A stretch of DNA of 64,000 nt from Chthoniobacteraceae bacterium (GTDB taxonomy: Bacteria; Verrucomicrobiota; Verrucomicrobiia; Chthoniobacterales; Chthoniobacteraceae), in assembly GCA_031409335.1 (NCBI GenBank), contig JANNWY010000214.1, positions 1 to 64,000 of the forward strand. The letters are read 5' to 3'. Shown here piece after piece: positions 29,041 through 38,571 of this stretch. The notes beneath the pieces were generated by a model, which was not told where the DNA came from, did no database searches, and worked only from the letters and a program-made list of their open reading frames with translations. Both the position numbers and the translations under genes were made by a program. How positions within the stretch are numbered: the stretch's first letter is position 1; each line of letters starts with the position of its first letter.

Positions 29041-29702
29041 GCGGAAAAGATTCCGGCGTTGGATCGAATGAAAATGCGCCGGCTGCGTCGAAGGAAATGC
29101 AATCCGGGGCCGACCACGCACCGCCTGCCGATGAGCTTCGGCTCGTCGCCAAAGCACAGGCGGGTGAAACCGCGGCCTTCGATGAACTCGTAACCCGTTA
29201 CCGCAGCCGCGCATTTTCCATGATCTACAATATGGTCCGCAACGAACAAGACGCCTGGGATGTCGCCCAGGATGGCTTCGTGAAGGCGTGGAAAAACATC
29301 GGGCGCTTTCGCGGGCAGTCGGCGTTTTACACGTGGCTCTACCGCATCCTGATGAACGTGACGATCGACTCGCTGCGGCGGAAACAGGTGGAAGGCGGGA
29401 CGGAATTTGACGACGCGATCGGCCTGCAAAATATCGAGCCGGGTGCGGCGACCACGCCGCGCGGCGAGCTGGAGCCGGCGACGCGGCTCGGCGACAAGGA
29501 AATCCGCGCGCGCATCGACGAAGCCATCACGCGGCTCTCGCCGGACCATCGCGCGGTGATCGTGATGCGCGAGATCGACGGGATGGATTATCAGGAAATC
29601 GCCGACGCGATGGAATGCTCGCTCGGCACGGTGATGTCGCGACTTTTTTACGCCCGCAAAAAAATGCAAACGATGCTGAAAGATGTCTATGAAACCCTTT
29701 GA
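29037..29702 (+). CDS. rpoE: ECF (sigma-70 family) sigma factor
   Basis: DVAQDGFVKAW, FYTWLYRI, YQEIA...GTVMSRLFYARK; start GTG 29037 (GTGA overlap) or ATG 29097. Confidence 0.92.
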   Translation: MSGKDSGVGSNENAPAASKEMQSGADHAPPADELRLVAKAQAGETAAFDELVTRYRSRAFSMIYNMVRNEQDAWDVAQDGFVKAWKNIGRFRGQSAFYTWLYRILMNVTIDSLRRKQVEGGTEFDDAIGLQNIEPGAATTPRGELEPATRLGDKEIRARIDEAITRLSPDHRAVIVMREIDGMDYQEIADAMECSLGTVMSRLFYARKKMQTMLKDVYETL

Positions 29703-30204
29703 AGAACAATTCACCGCATGGGTCGATGGCAAACTGTCCGGCCCGGAACTCACCGCATTTGAAAAGCAACTGGCGCAGCATCCGGAAGCCAGCGCCGATC
29801 GCGCCGCTGCCAAAACGGTGGGCACTTTGCTGCGCGAAAATTCGACCGCGCCGAAGCTGGAAAACGCGGACTTTTTCAACCTGCAAATCCAGCAGCGCAT
29901 CGCCGTCGATCGCCCTCGCGAACAGCTTCGGGAAAAGGCGTCGAGTGGGTTCTGGTCGTGGCCGCGGCTGTTTGTCGCAGGCGCGGCGTGCCTGCTGGTC
30001 GCGGGCGCGCTCTTCCAGATGCTGATCCCGACGGGCGCATCGGTGAACGAGGAGGATCAGTCGCCTTACTTTGCGCAGGTTGTCGAGTCGTGGACGTCCG
30101 AGCCGGGCGTTTGGGCGAACACAGTCTATAATCCGAAGGACAATGTGACCGTCCTTTGGCTCGACGGCCTCGACTACATCCCCGCCAGCTACCAACTGAA
30201 ATAG
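29689..30204 (+). CDS. Anti-sigma factor (single TM)
   Basis: AWVDGKL...FEKQL N-domain, central TM helix, directly after the ECF sigma. Confidence 0.8.
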   Translation: MKPFEEQFTAWVDGKLSGPELTAFEKQLAQHPEASADRAAAKTVGTLLRENSTAPKLENADFFNLQIQQRIAVDRPREQLREKASSGFWSWPRLFVAGAACLLVAGALFQMLIPTGASVNEEDQSPYFAQVVESWTSEPGVWANTVYNPKDNVTVLWLDGLDYIPASYQLK

Positions 30205-30207
30205 CCG

Positions 30208-30654
30208 ATGCTGATTCGACCCGCGCTATTCACCGCATTCGCACTTGGCATCGCCGCATCCGCCCGAGCCGAGGACAAAATCTGGACCGCCGTCGTGCTT
30301 GCCACGAATGCCGCGTCGCCAAAGGAAACCCCAAAGGAACTGCGAGCTTCGCTGCCAAAGCTGAAGCGTGTTTTCGGCTACAATCAATTCGAGGTGATCG
30401 GCAGCGCGACCGACAAGATCGAGGATAAATCCGAATTGAAACTGATGCCGACGCAGAGCTTTTGGATGCAGGCCAAAGCCCGCCGCTCGACATCGAAGGA
30501 AGCGCGCGGCGGCTACCTCTTGAGCCTTCAGCTTTTCAACGAAAAGCGCCAGCTCGTGGACACCGAAGCCAGACTCGCCCCCGGCAGCCCGCTCTTCATC
30601 CGCGGGCCGGAGTATGGGAAAGGGCAGATCGTTTTCGCGCTGATGATCGAGTAG
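30208..30654 (+). CDS. Exported hypothetical protein
   Basis: Signal peptide (ASARA), third gene of the sigma operon. Confidence 0.7.
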   Translation: MLIRPALFTAFALGIAASARAEDKIWTAVVLATNAASPKETPKELRASLPKLKRVFGYNQFEVIGSATDKIEDKSELKLMPTQSFWMQAKARRSTSKEARGGYLLSLQLFNEKRQLVDTEARLAPGSPLFIRGPEYGKGQIVFALMIE

Positions 30655-30689
30655 TGAGGGAGTGGTGTGGCCTTGCTCTCAACCGTCGT

Positions 30690-31025
30690 TCACCAGGACG
30701 CTGACAGACGCAAACATTCCGCGATTTTTCGCGCGATCAGCGCCCGTCGGGGCGCGCTGACCTGTTCCCGATGCCCGGCGAATTCCACCTTCGGCAAAAG
30801 GTAAATCACATCGCAACGCACGGCGGTCTTCCAGTCCAGGCCATCGGACTCATCGAGAATGATTTCGTTCTTCTTCGGCGGGCGATTCAGCCGTGCCGTC
30901 GTGCAGATCAGCGCATTGACCACATCGAGGTCCGCGTTCTCGCACCGTTCGTCGTTTGAGATAATGACTGCCGGGTGTGGCAATTCTTCGCGGAACAGAA
31001 AGAGCACGATGTCCCACTGCTTCAC
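30690..31025 (-). CDS. PemK/MazF-family toxin
   Basis: MKQWDIV...HPAVIISND...GLDWKTAVRCD. Confidence 0.8.
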   Translation of the reverse strand: MKQWDIVLFLFREELPHPAVIISNDERCENADLDVVNALICTTARLNRPPKKNEIILDESDGLDWKTAVRCDVIYLLPKVEFAGHREQVSAPRRALIARKIAECLRLSASW

Positions 31026-31246
31026 TTGACGATCCTTCGCACCGAGCGCCGCGCCAACTCATTGGAATCGGCGATTTCCTCCGCGTCGTAACAGTCGGCG
31101 AAGTAGCCTGCCGGTCGCGACGAAATCAGGCCAGTGAGCTTCGCGATGGGTTCACCGCCGCGAGTAATCACCACCTCCTCTCCCGTGCGGGCGAGTTCCA
31201 AAATCCGTGGGAGGTCAGCCTGTGTTTGTTCGACCGTCGCAATCAT
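31022..31246 (-). CDS. Phd/YefM-family antitoxin
   Basis: LPRILELARTGEEVVITRGGEPIAKL; 4-bp overlap with toxin. Confidence 0.85.
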   Translation of the reverse strand: MIATVEQTQADLPRILELARTGEEVVITRGGEPIAKLTGLISSRPAGYFADCYDAEEIADSNELARRSVRRIVK

Positions 31247-31271
31247 GACGGCAGGCTAGGGAGGGTGATGG

Positions 31272-31514
31272 TTAGTCTTTCGCAGGCTCGCCCGCAGTGC
31301 TCTTCCGCCTTGCCGCAGTTTTTTTCTGACCCATTACTTTGGGAATGTTTTTTCGCGAGACGCCACCGGCGCTGCCGCGCTCCGGCTGAACTGGCTGGAG
31401 TGTCGCGGCTCTCCTCCTTGCCGACTTCTTGGCGCCACCGGATTTCGTTGCAGCCACGCGAGGTTTTCCGCCAGCGCTACCTCTCCGTCGGGAATGAACG
31501 GTCGATACTTTCAT
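31272..31514 (-). CDS. Small Lys/Arg-rich hypothetical protein
   Basis: 80 aa basic ORF upstream of the TA pair; no recognisable domain. Confidence 0.35.
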   Translation of the reverse strand: MKVSTVHSRRRGSAGGKPRVAATKSGGAKKSARRRAATLQPVQPERGSAGGVSRKNIPKVMGQKKTAARRKSTAGEPAKD

Positions 31515-31635
31515 GTCCGCTTGTCTGAAGTGTCGGCCTTAGTCTGTAAAGAAAATAGGCTGTGATCTCGCGTGGAACCGCAGAGTAGAAGCCGCGCCCG
31601 ACAAGTCGCGGCCTTGGTCGGCGGAGTTTTGAAAT

Positions 31636-33387
31636 CTATTGGAAGCCTGATGCCCGGGATTTCGCATTTCCCGCCCGCCCCGTCTCTATGATGACCCGCA
31701 CAATCAAGCCCGCCTTCGCGACCATTTCCGCATCCGTTTTCCACTGCGCGACGGGCAACGCGAGGCGCTCGCTCCAGTTCGCGTCGCTCACCGCGCCGGG
31801 CACGTTGAAACGCTGCGCGGTGGCGAAGACATCGGTAATCATCAGCACGGCCATCCACGATCGGCTGGCGAAAAGCGCGCGCACGATTTGCGCGCGGATT
31901 TCCTCCGAAAAAGGGGTGAGGCGCGGCACTGCGAATCCGCACCACGCGGCGAGTCGGCGCACTTCGGACCAGGCAGCGTCGCGCGCGGGCCAGGTGTCGG
32001 GGCCGCCGTGTTCGGCGAGTTCGATCGCGTGCATCCATGTCTCCCACATTTCGCGCAGCGTGGGATGATCGTGCGTGGCGTAGGTGGCGAGGGAAAGCGG
32101 CTCGTAGTTTTCGCCGGGGATCATCGCGCCGTCGCCGTGCGTTTCCCATTGCGGCACTTTGAAGCCGGCGATGCCGAGTTCGTGCAAACACGGACGCACG
32201 TACCCGGGGACCGCGCCGAGGTCTTCGCCGATGAGCCGGAATTCGCCGCACTCGGCGACGAGCGCGCGCAGCATTTCCGCTCCCTGTTTGCGATTCGCGG
32301 CGCAGTGCGCGGGCGTGTCGTCGGCGTGCGCGACGAAGCGCGGAAGCTGCCCGCGCGTCCGCTCCTTCGCCTCGTCCTCGGTCAGCGGCAGAAATTCCGC
32401 GTTGCGCTCAGGCCGCCACGGAAAGCCGTAGATGCGGAAGCAGCCGAGGATGTGGTCGATGCGAAAGAGGTGAAAAATGGCGCGCACTTTGCGCACGCGC
32501 AGACGCCACCAGCGGTAGTCGCTTTTGCGCAGCACGCTCCAGCGGTAAAGCGGGATGCCCCAGTTCTGGCCCCATTTGTAGGTGAATTCATCGACCTTCA
32601 GCAGCCGCTCGGGCGGGCAGCCGCCGCACCACTTGTGATCGAAAAGCTGCGGGTTCGCCCACACGTCGGCGGAGAAAAAACTGACGCCGAACGGAATGTC
32701 GCCCATGAGCGCGATGCCGTGCCGCGCAGCGTCCTCGCGGATCGCGCGCCACTGCTCCCACGCGAGCCACTGGACGTATTTGCGAAATCGCACGCGCTTT
32801 TCGAAGGCCCGGCGCTCCTTCACTGTTCGCGCGGCCAGCCAGCGCGCGGCGCGCTCGGGATCGCGATGATCTTCCGACCAGAGATTCCAATGCTCGGTGC
32901 CGCCATTTTCCTCCATCAACACGCGGAACGTGGCGTAGTCGTCGAGCCACTCCGCTTCATCGCGGCAGAATTTTTGGAAACGCCGCGCACGCGCATCGCG
33001 CGCCTTCCACGAGCCGGCGACAAAGCTCTCGAATGCGCGTTCGAGCAGGCGCGTTTTGAGCGCCTTCACGGCGGGATAATTCACCGGGCCGGCCCGCAGC
33101 GCGCCGAGGTGCGCGATGTCACCCGCGGTCAAGTCCGGGACTGCGTCGGGCGTTAGTTCGAGCGTCGTGGGTTCGAGCGCGACCGCCGAAATCGCGTTGT
33201 AGGGCGAATGATCGCCGCCCGTTTCGTTGATCGGCAGCAATTGCACCATGCGGAATCCCGCCTCACGCGCCCATCCGAGAAACTCGCGCAACGCGCCGAT
33301 GTCGCCGATGCCCAGATCATGCGTGCCGCGCAGTGCGAAGAGTGGCGTGAGCACGCCCGCGATTTTGTGGTCGGGATTCAGCGTCAT
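31636..33387 (-). CDS. malQ: 4-alpha-glucanotransferase (amylomaltase, GH77)
   Basis: QLLPIN..SPY, LMGDIP, GQNWGIP, FRIDHILG, GEDLG, THDH; start MTLNPD. Confidence 0.95.
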   Translation of the reverse strand: MTLNPDHKIAGVLTPLFALRGTHDLGIGDIGALREFLGWAREAGFRMVQLLPINETGGDHSPYNAISAVALEPTTLELTPDAVPDLTAGDIAHLGALRAGPVNYPAVKALKTRLLERAFESFVAGSWKARDARARRFQKFCRDEAEWLDDYATFRVLMEENGGTEHWNLWSEDHRDPERAARWLAARTVKERRAFEKRVRFRKYVQWLAWEQWRAIREDAARHGIALMGDIPFGVSFFSADVWANPQLFDHKWCGGCPPERLLKVDEFTYKWGQNWGIPLYRWSVLRKSDYRWWRLRVRKVRAIFHLFRIDHILGCFRIYGFPWRPERNAEFLPLTEDEAKERTRGQLPRFVAHADDTPAHCAANRKQGAEMLRALVAECGEFRLIGEDLGAVPGYVRPCLHELGIAGFKVPQWETHGDGAMIPGENYEPLSLATYATHDHPTLREMWETWMHAIELAEHGGPDTWPARDAAWSEVRRLAAWCGFAVPRLTPFSEEIRAQIVRALFASRSWMAVLMITDVFATAQRFNVPGAVSDANWSERLALPVAQWKTDAEMVAKAGLIVRVIIETGRAGNAKSRASGFQ

Positions 33388-33467
33388 TTTTTGCGCGCGA
33401 CGTGTACGGGGCGGCGAAAGCGACGGCAAGGGAAAGCGCGGGCAGGGTGGACGGTGGGAACTGCCAG

Positions 33468-33824
33468 CCAACGCCGCGACGGCGCTGGTCTGCGAGTGGC
33501 GTGTTCTGTCCAGCGCAGCGAACGCGCTGGTTAGCGCGAAGGCCGGGCTGGTTGGCGCGGGGAGCGATTTGGCTTACGGGGCGGGCCTGCTTGGTTGGGC
33601 GGCAGGCGTTTTAGCCTGCGATCGGATTGATCTGGCTTGCGGCGTGGGCGATTTGTTTGGCGGCGCGGGCGCTCTTGCCTGCGGGATCAGCGATCTTGTC
33701 AGCGGAGCCGGCGTTCTTGTCAGCGGAGCCGGCGTTCTTGTCTTCAGAGCCGGCGTTCTTGTCTTCGGAGCCGGCGATCTTGTCTTCGGAGCCGGCGTTC
33801 TTGTCTTCGGAGTGAGTTGGCTGG
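33468..33824. repeat. Tandem array of about 17 units of 21 bp, degenerate on the left and near-identical on the right
   Basis: Consensus tcttcggagccggcgttcttg at 33699-33803; same phase traceable back to about 33468. Confidence 0.85.
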
Positions 33825-34079
33825 TTGCCGAGGGCGGGCGCAGGTGGTGACGGGGGCGGCGTTGGTGGCGGGATTGGTTCTTTAGCCGCCGATGCAGCGA
33901 ACGCACCGACCGCCCGCCGTGTTCGAAGTCCTCCAGAAAGAGGGCGACGAGGGGGGTGAGCAGTCTGCGAAAAAGAGCGACCCGCTTGCGGTGATGAGAA
34001 TTTATCATGCTCCTGAATGACCAGGATACCTTCATGGACCAAAGGCGAAATCCGTGATGATACACGGGCAGTGAACTGC

Positions 34080-34181
34080 CAGCCCGGAGGGCTGATGGAA
34101 AGTAGCCGGGGGTCGAGCGAGGCACGAGCGACAACCCCCGGAACCAGCCCCACCAATCATGCACCCCGGAGACGGTGCGGG
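34080..34181. repeat. REP-like multi-hairpin element
   Basis: cagccc-gga-gggctg; GTAG then ccggggg...cccccgg stem; gcacc...ggtgc. Confidence 0.45.
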
Positions 34182-34266
34182 AAAATTGGCGAATGAATCG
34201 CTTCCGCAAATCCAACTTCTGCCCCATAGAATCCGACTACGAACAAAGCCGCCCACTCAGCAAACC

Positions 34267-36318
34267 ATGAAAGAAATCCCGGTCACAGCACAGCCCGACC
34301 ATCTGGCCGCCTACATGAAGGCAAGACCGGTGGCCGCTGTTGCTGAACTGATTTGGAACGCGCTGGATGCTGTCGCAACGAACGTGGCTGTCACCATCGA
34401 CCGGGACTCGCTGGGCAATCTCGCTGCGATTCATGTCGCCGATGATGGTGACGGGATACCGTTCGACGATGTGGAGGTCACCTTCGGGAATCTAGGTGGC
34501 TCTTGGAAGGGCGTTGGAAACCGACGGACTCGGCGGGAAGGGCGTAGCCTGCACGGGCGATATGGGCGTGGCCGCTTCCGCGCATTTGCACTCGGCACAA
34601 GTGTCGAGTGGCAGACGACGTTTCAAGATGCAGGCATCCTCAAGTCATACGGAATCTACGGTCGGAGCGGGACGATACAATCCTTCCGCGCGGACGACCC
34701 GAAACCGGCGCAGAACCAACAGACAGGCACCACCGTTCACATCAGCGGCATCGAACACGAGATGCGCTCGCTGGCACCGGAATACTGCGTTCCAAAACTG
34801 ACCGAAGAGTTCGCCCTCTACTTGAAGGAGTATCCAAACGTCAGAATCAGATTCGAGGGCCAGCCCGTTGACCCGGCGCTGGTCATTCAGCGGTCAGAGG
34901 AAATGACACTGCCGGACATCGTGATGCCAGATGGGCAGCCGGTGAAGGCAGAGCTGACGGTAATTGAATGGAGCTTTGTCCCAGACAAGCGTCGCCTTTA
35001 TTTCTGTGACCGCCGAGGAGTCGCTCTCTGCGACATTCAACCCGGCATTCAAGCTCCCGGCTATCAGTTCACGGCATATCTGAGGTCCGACTATCTCGCC
35101 GAATTGAATCGGCAGCAGCACGCGCTTGAACTCGGCGACTTGCACCCCGGAGTCCGGCTGCTGGTAGATGCCGCGAAGGAGCGGCTGAAGGATTACTTCC
35201 GTGCAAGGGCTGCGGAGGATGCGTCCATGCTGGTCAAGCAATGGAAGGAGGAAGCAATTTACCCTTACGAGGGCGAGGCGGTTAGCCCGGTCGAGCACAT
35301 CGAAAGGCAGGTATTCGATGTATGCGCCGCATCTGTGGCAGCACATCTGAAGACTTTTGAGGACTCCCCACCAGACAACAAGAGGTTCGTCTTTTCCCTG
35401 CTGCAACAAGCGGTGCGCGAAAACCCTGAATCGCTACGACATATCTTTCAGGAAGTGCTCAAGCTCCCGAAAGAGCAGCAGAAGGACCTGTCCGAACTAC
35501 TCAGGCGCACCACTCTCACGGCGGTGATTGTAGCAGCAAAGACCGTTGCAGACCGTCTGAACTTTATCGCGGGGTTAAAAGACCTCGTTTTTGGGAATAA
35601 CAAAGCGAGGTTGCAGGAGCGCAAACAACTTCACCGAATGTTGGCTGTAGAAACTTGGATATTCGGTGAGCAATATAACCTTTCCGTCGATGATCAGGGT
35701 CTTACCGCGGTCTTGGAAAAACACCGTACCGTTCTTCTGAAGGGGGACGTTTTGGATGATGAACCAGTTACGCTCGAAGATGGTTCCAGGGGCATAGTGG
35801 ATCTCATGCTGTCGCGCAAGATGGCCCATCTTGTAGGCCGCGACGTGGAGCATTTGGTGATCGAGCTTAAGCGTCCAACGCAAAAAATTACCCGGAAAGT
35901 TTTAGATCAAGTCGAAGACTATGCCCGTGCTGTAGCCACCGACGAGCGATTCCGGACCCAAGAGGATGTCCGCTGGACGTTCATCGCTTTGAGCAACGAC
36001 ATGGATGCTGCAGCCGAGTCGAGAGTGCGGCAGGCAGGACGTGACCCAGGGATCGCTTTTCAAAGTGAAGACAAACGGATTACGATCCGCGCGGTGACGT
36101 GGGCTCAAGTGTTTGCCGCAGCGGATGCACGGCTTGAGTTCTACAAGGAGAAGCTTCAGTATTCGCCCGATATCGAGACAGCCAGAGAGTATCTGGCCAA
36201 GACTCATGGCAAGTACCTCCCTTCAGCCGAGGTAGTGCAGAAGGAGGATGCGGCCCAAGCTGCGCCCAAAAAGAAGATGAAAGGGAGGAAATCCAAGAAA
36301 CCCAAAAAGCAGCCATGA
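34267..36318 (+). CDS. GHKL (MORC/HATPase_c-like) ATPase fused to a C-terminal PD-(D/E)xK nuclease-like domain
   Basis: ELIWNALDA, DDGDGI, GRYGRGRF, GTTV; C-terminal VDLMLS...VIELKRP...QVEDYA; start MKEIPV. Confidence 0.85.
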   Translation: MKEIPVTAQPDHLAAYMKARPVAAVAELIWNALDAVATNVAVTIDRDSLGNLAAIHVADDGDGIPFDDVEVTFGNLGGSWKGVGNRRTRREGRSLHGRYGRGRFRAFALGTSVEWQTTFQDAGILKSYGIYGRSGTIQSFRADDPKPAQNQQTGTTVHISGIEHEMRSLAPEYCVPKLTEEFALYLKEYPNVRIRFEGQPVDPALVIQRSEEMTLPDIVMPDGQPVKAELTVIEWSFVPDKRRLYFCDRRGVALCDIQPGIQAPGYQFTAYLRSDYLAELNRQQHALELGDLHPGVRLLVDAAKERLKDYFRARAAEDASMLVKQWKEEAIYPYEGEAVSPVEHIERQVFDVCAASVAAHLKTFEDSPPDNKRFVFSLLQQAVRENPESLRHIFQEVLKLPKEQQKDLSELLRRTTLTAVIVAAKTVADRLNFIAGLKDLVFGNNKARLQERKQLHRMLAVETWIFGEQYNLSVDDQGLTAVLEKHRTVLLKGDVLDDEPVTLEDGSRGIVDLMLSRKMAHLVGRDVEHLVIELKRPTQKITRKVLDQVEDYARAVATDERFRTQEDVRWTFIALSNDMDAAAESRVRQAGRDPGIAFQSEDKRITIRAVTWAQVFAAADARLEFYKEKLQYSPDIETAREYLAKTHGKYLPSAEVVQKEDAAQAAPKKKMKGRKSKKPKKQP

Positions 36319-37225
36319 CCATCCCACAGCCCTTCCAATACCAAGGCAGCAAGCGGGCGCTCGCGCCGCTGATTCTGCCTTACTTGCCGATGAAGTTCCG
36401 GCGGCTGGTGGAGCCGTTTGCGGGGTCGGGGGCGATGTCGCTGGCTTGTGCGGCGCGGGGGCGGGCGGAGCGGTTTTGGCTCAATGATTTGAACCAGCCG
36501 CTGGCGGAGTTGCTGAATCTCATGGTGAACCGGCCCGAGGATTTGGCGGATGCTTACGCGGAGCTTTGGCGCGGCGAGGCGGTGGATGCGCTGGAGCATT
36601 TCTACTCAGTGCGGGAGCGGTTCAATCGCACGCAGGAGCCGCAGCTTTTTCTCTATCTGCTGGCACGGTGCATCAAGGGTGCGGTGCGCTACAACAGCGA
36701 GGGGTTGTTCAATCAAAGCCCGGACAAGCGGCGGCTCGGCACGCGCCCGGAGACGATGCGGCAGAACATCATGACGGTGTCCATGCTGCTGCGCGGACGG
36801 ACGGTGGTGACGGCGCATGACTTCCGCGATGTGCTCGCAGCGGCGGAGGCGGATGATGTGATTTACATGGACCCGCCGTATCAGGGCACGTCGGGCGAGC
36901 GGGACTCGCGCTATCTCGCGGGGCTGTCGTTCGATGATTTCGTGACGGCACTGGATGAACTCAACTCGCGCGGCCTGCGCTATGTCATCAGCTACGACGG
37001 GCGCACGGACGCACGGGCGACAAGTCGTATGGCGAGCCGCTGCCGCGATATTTGAAACTGCAGCACATCGAAGTGGAGGCTGGCCGCTCCACGCAGGCGA
37101 CGTTGCTCGGACGCGATGAGGCGACGGTGGAATCGCTCTACCTCTCGCCCGCACTCGCCACGGATGCAGGCACGCTGCCGCGCCGGGTGCATCGTCGAGC
37201 CGCCGAACAGCCATCGCTTTTCTGA
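36315..37225 (+). pseudogene. Dam/D12-class N6-adenine DNA methyltransferase, frameshifted
   Basis: YQGSKR, EPFAGSG, DPPY; 8 extra bases at 37009-37016 shift the frame; removing them gives ...DGRTGDKSYGEPLP...GRSTQATLLG...ESLYLSP to TGA at 37225. Confidence 0.88.
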
Positions 37226-37228
37226 GCC

Positions 37229-37954
37229 GTGCCGAAGCCGCCGCAGTATCCCGAAGCCTTTCTCGCGCTCTGCCGCTCGGTGACTGCCAAGCGTCCCAAG
37301 ACGGTCATCGAGCACATTCTCCAGCACGGCTAAATCACGACGGAGGAACTCAAGAACCGCTACGGCTACAATCACCCGCCGCGCGCCGCACGCGACGTGA
37401 AGGAGCACGGCATCCCCATCGAGCGCGTGACTGTGACCGGCTCGGATGGGCGGAAAATTGCCGCGTATCGTTTCGGCGACCCGACGGCGGTGAAGGTGCG
37501 GCGCTTCGACGGACGCACGGGCCTGTCGAAGCAAATCAAAGACGCGCTCATCGCGAAGTATGGCTGCCGGTGCTTCATCTATTTGGAGGAGATGCCGGAA
37601 GCGTCGCTGCAAATAGACCATCGCGTGCCGTTCGAAGTCGGCGGCGAATCGGAAGCAATGGCCCCGGAGGAATTCATGCTGCTCTGCGGCTCGGCGAACC
37701 GCGCGAAAAGCTGGTCGTGCGAGCACTGCGAGAATTGGCGGAACCTCAAGCAGCGCGAGATTTGTCTGACCTGCTACTGGGCGTATCCCGAGAACCACAC
37801 GCACGTCGCCATGCAGCAACTCCGCCGCGTGGACCTCATCTGGCAGGGCGCGGACACCGCGCAATACGAGCGGCTGAAAGCGGACGCCGCGAGCGCAGGC
37901 ATGGAGATTCCCGACTTCGTGAAGGACGTGCTGCGGAAGGCGCTTCGCGAATAG
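37229..37954 (+). pseudogene. SphI-like HNH type II restriction endonuclease with internal stop
   Basis: GTG 37229, in-frame TAA at 37331-37333, then GYNHPPRAARD, LQIDHRVPF, LCGSANRAKSWSCEHCENW, motifs I recall from R.SphI. Confidence 0.85.
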
Positions 37955-38571
37955 CGCGGACGTCCGCGCTCATGCCGCGAATCGCGCGGTTCGAGCAAAG
38001 CGCCATCGCGACCAACTCATCGTCGCCCTCCGGCTGCACGTTGACGACCCAGTAGGCATCGAGCAGCCCGGTCCCTGCCGGCACATCGTAAGTGACCGTG
38101 TCCGACTTCAGCCACTGCCCATCCTTGCGGCAATATCCACACGAGCGACCGTCACACGATCGCCGCCGCGCCTGCGTTTGGATTGCAAGCGGTGACGCTT
38201 TGAGGATCGGAGGAGGCGCGGTTACTTCCAGCCCGGTTGCCGGAGAGCGCGTGTCAAAAGGAACTCCGCGCGCCGTGCGTCCACCGGATGCGGGTGCTGC
38301 AAGTTGCGTGGATTGATGCGGTCGGTGTGCGGCTGGGCAAAGGAGCGCTTCGCGGAAAAGCAATGGGGGAAAATCCACATGGTCAGGCGCGTGCGGTTCT
38401 GCTTCACTCCGAGCGAGATGAAAATCCTCGCCGTTCACGGACTTGGCTATTGGACGGCTGAGTTCAGTTTGAAATGAAGTATTCCACCTCCAACACGCGG
38501 TTGAATCTGTGCTCGTTCAAGCGGCGCGGTTGCCACGCAGTCGGCACCAGGCCATCCGAACCTCTCAAGCA

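Noticed and set aside
33699..33824. CRISPR array
   Set aside because: Units are contiguous with no unique spacers, and no cas genes are in the window
37955..38440. Minus-strand ORF 37836-38438 as a gene
   Set aside because: Overlaps the endonuclease end and only a short stretch looks protein-like; could be a relic but I cannot assign it
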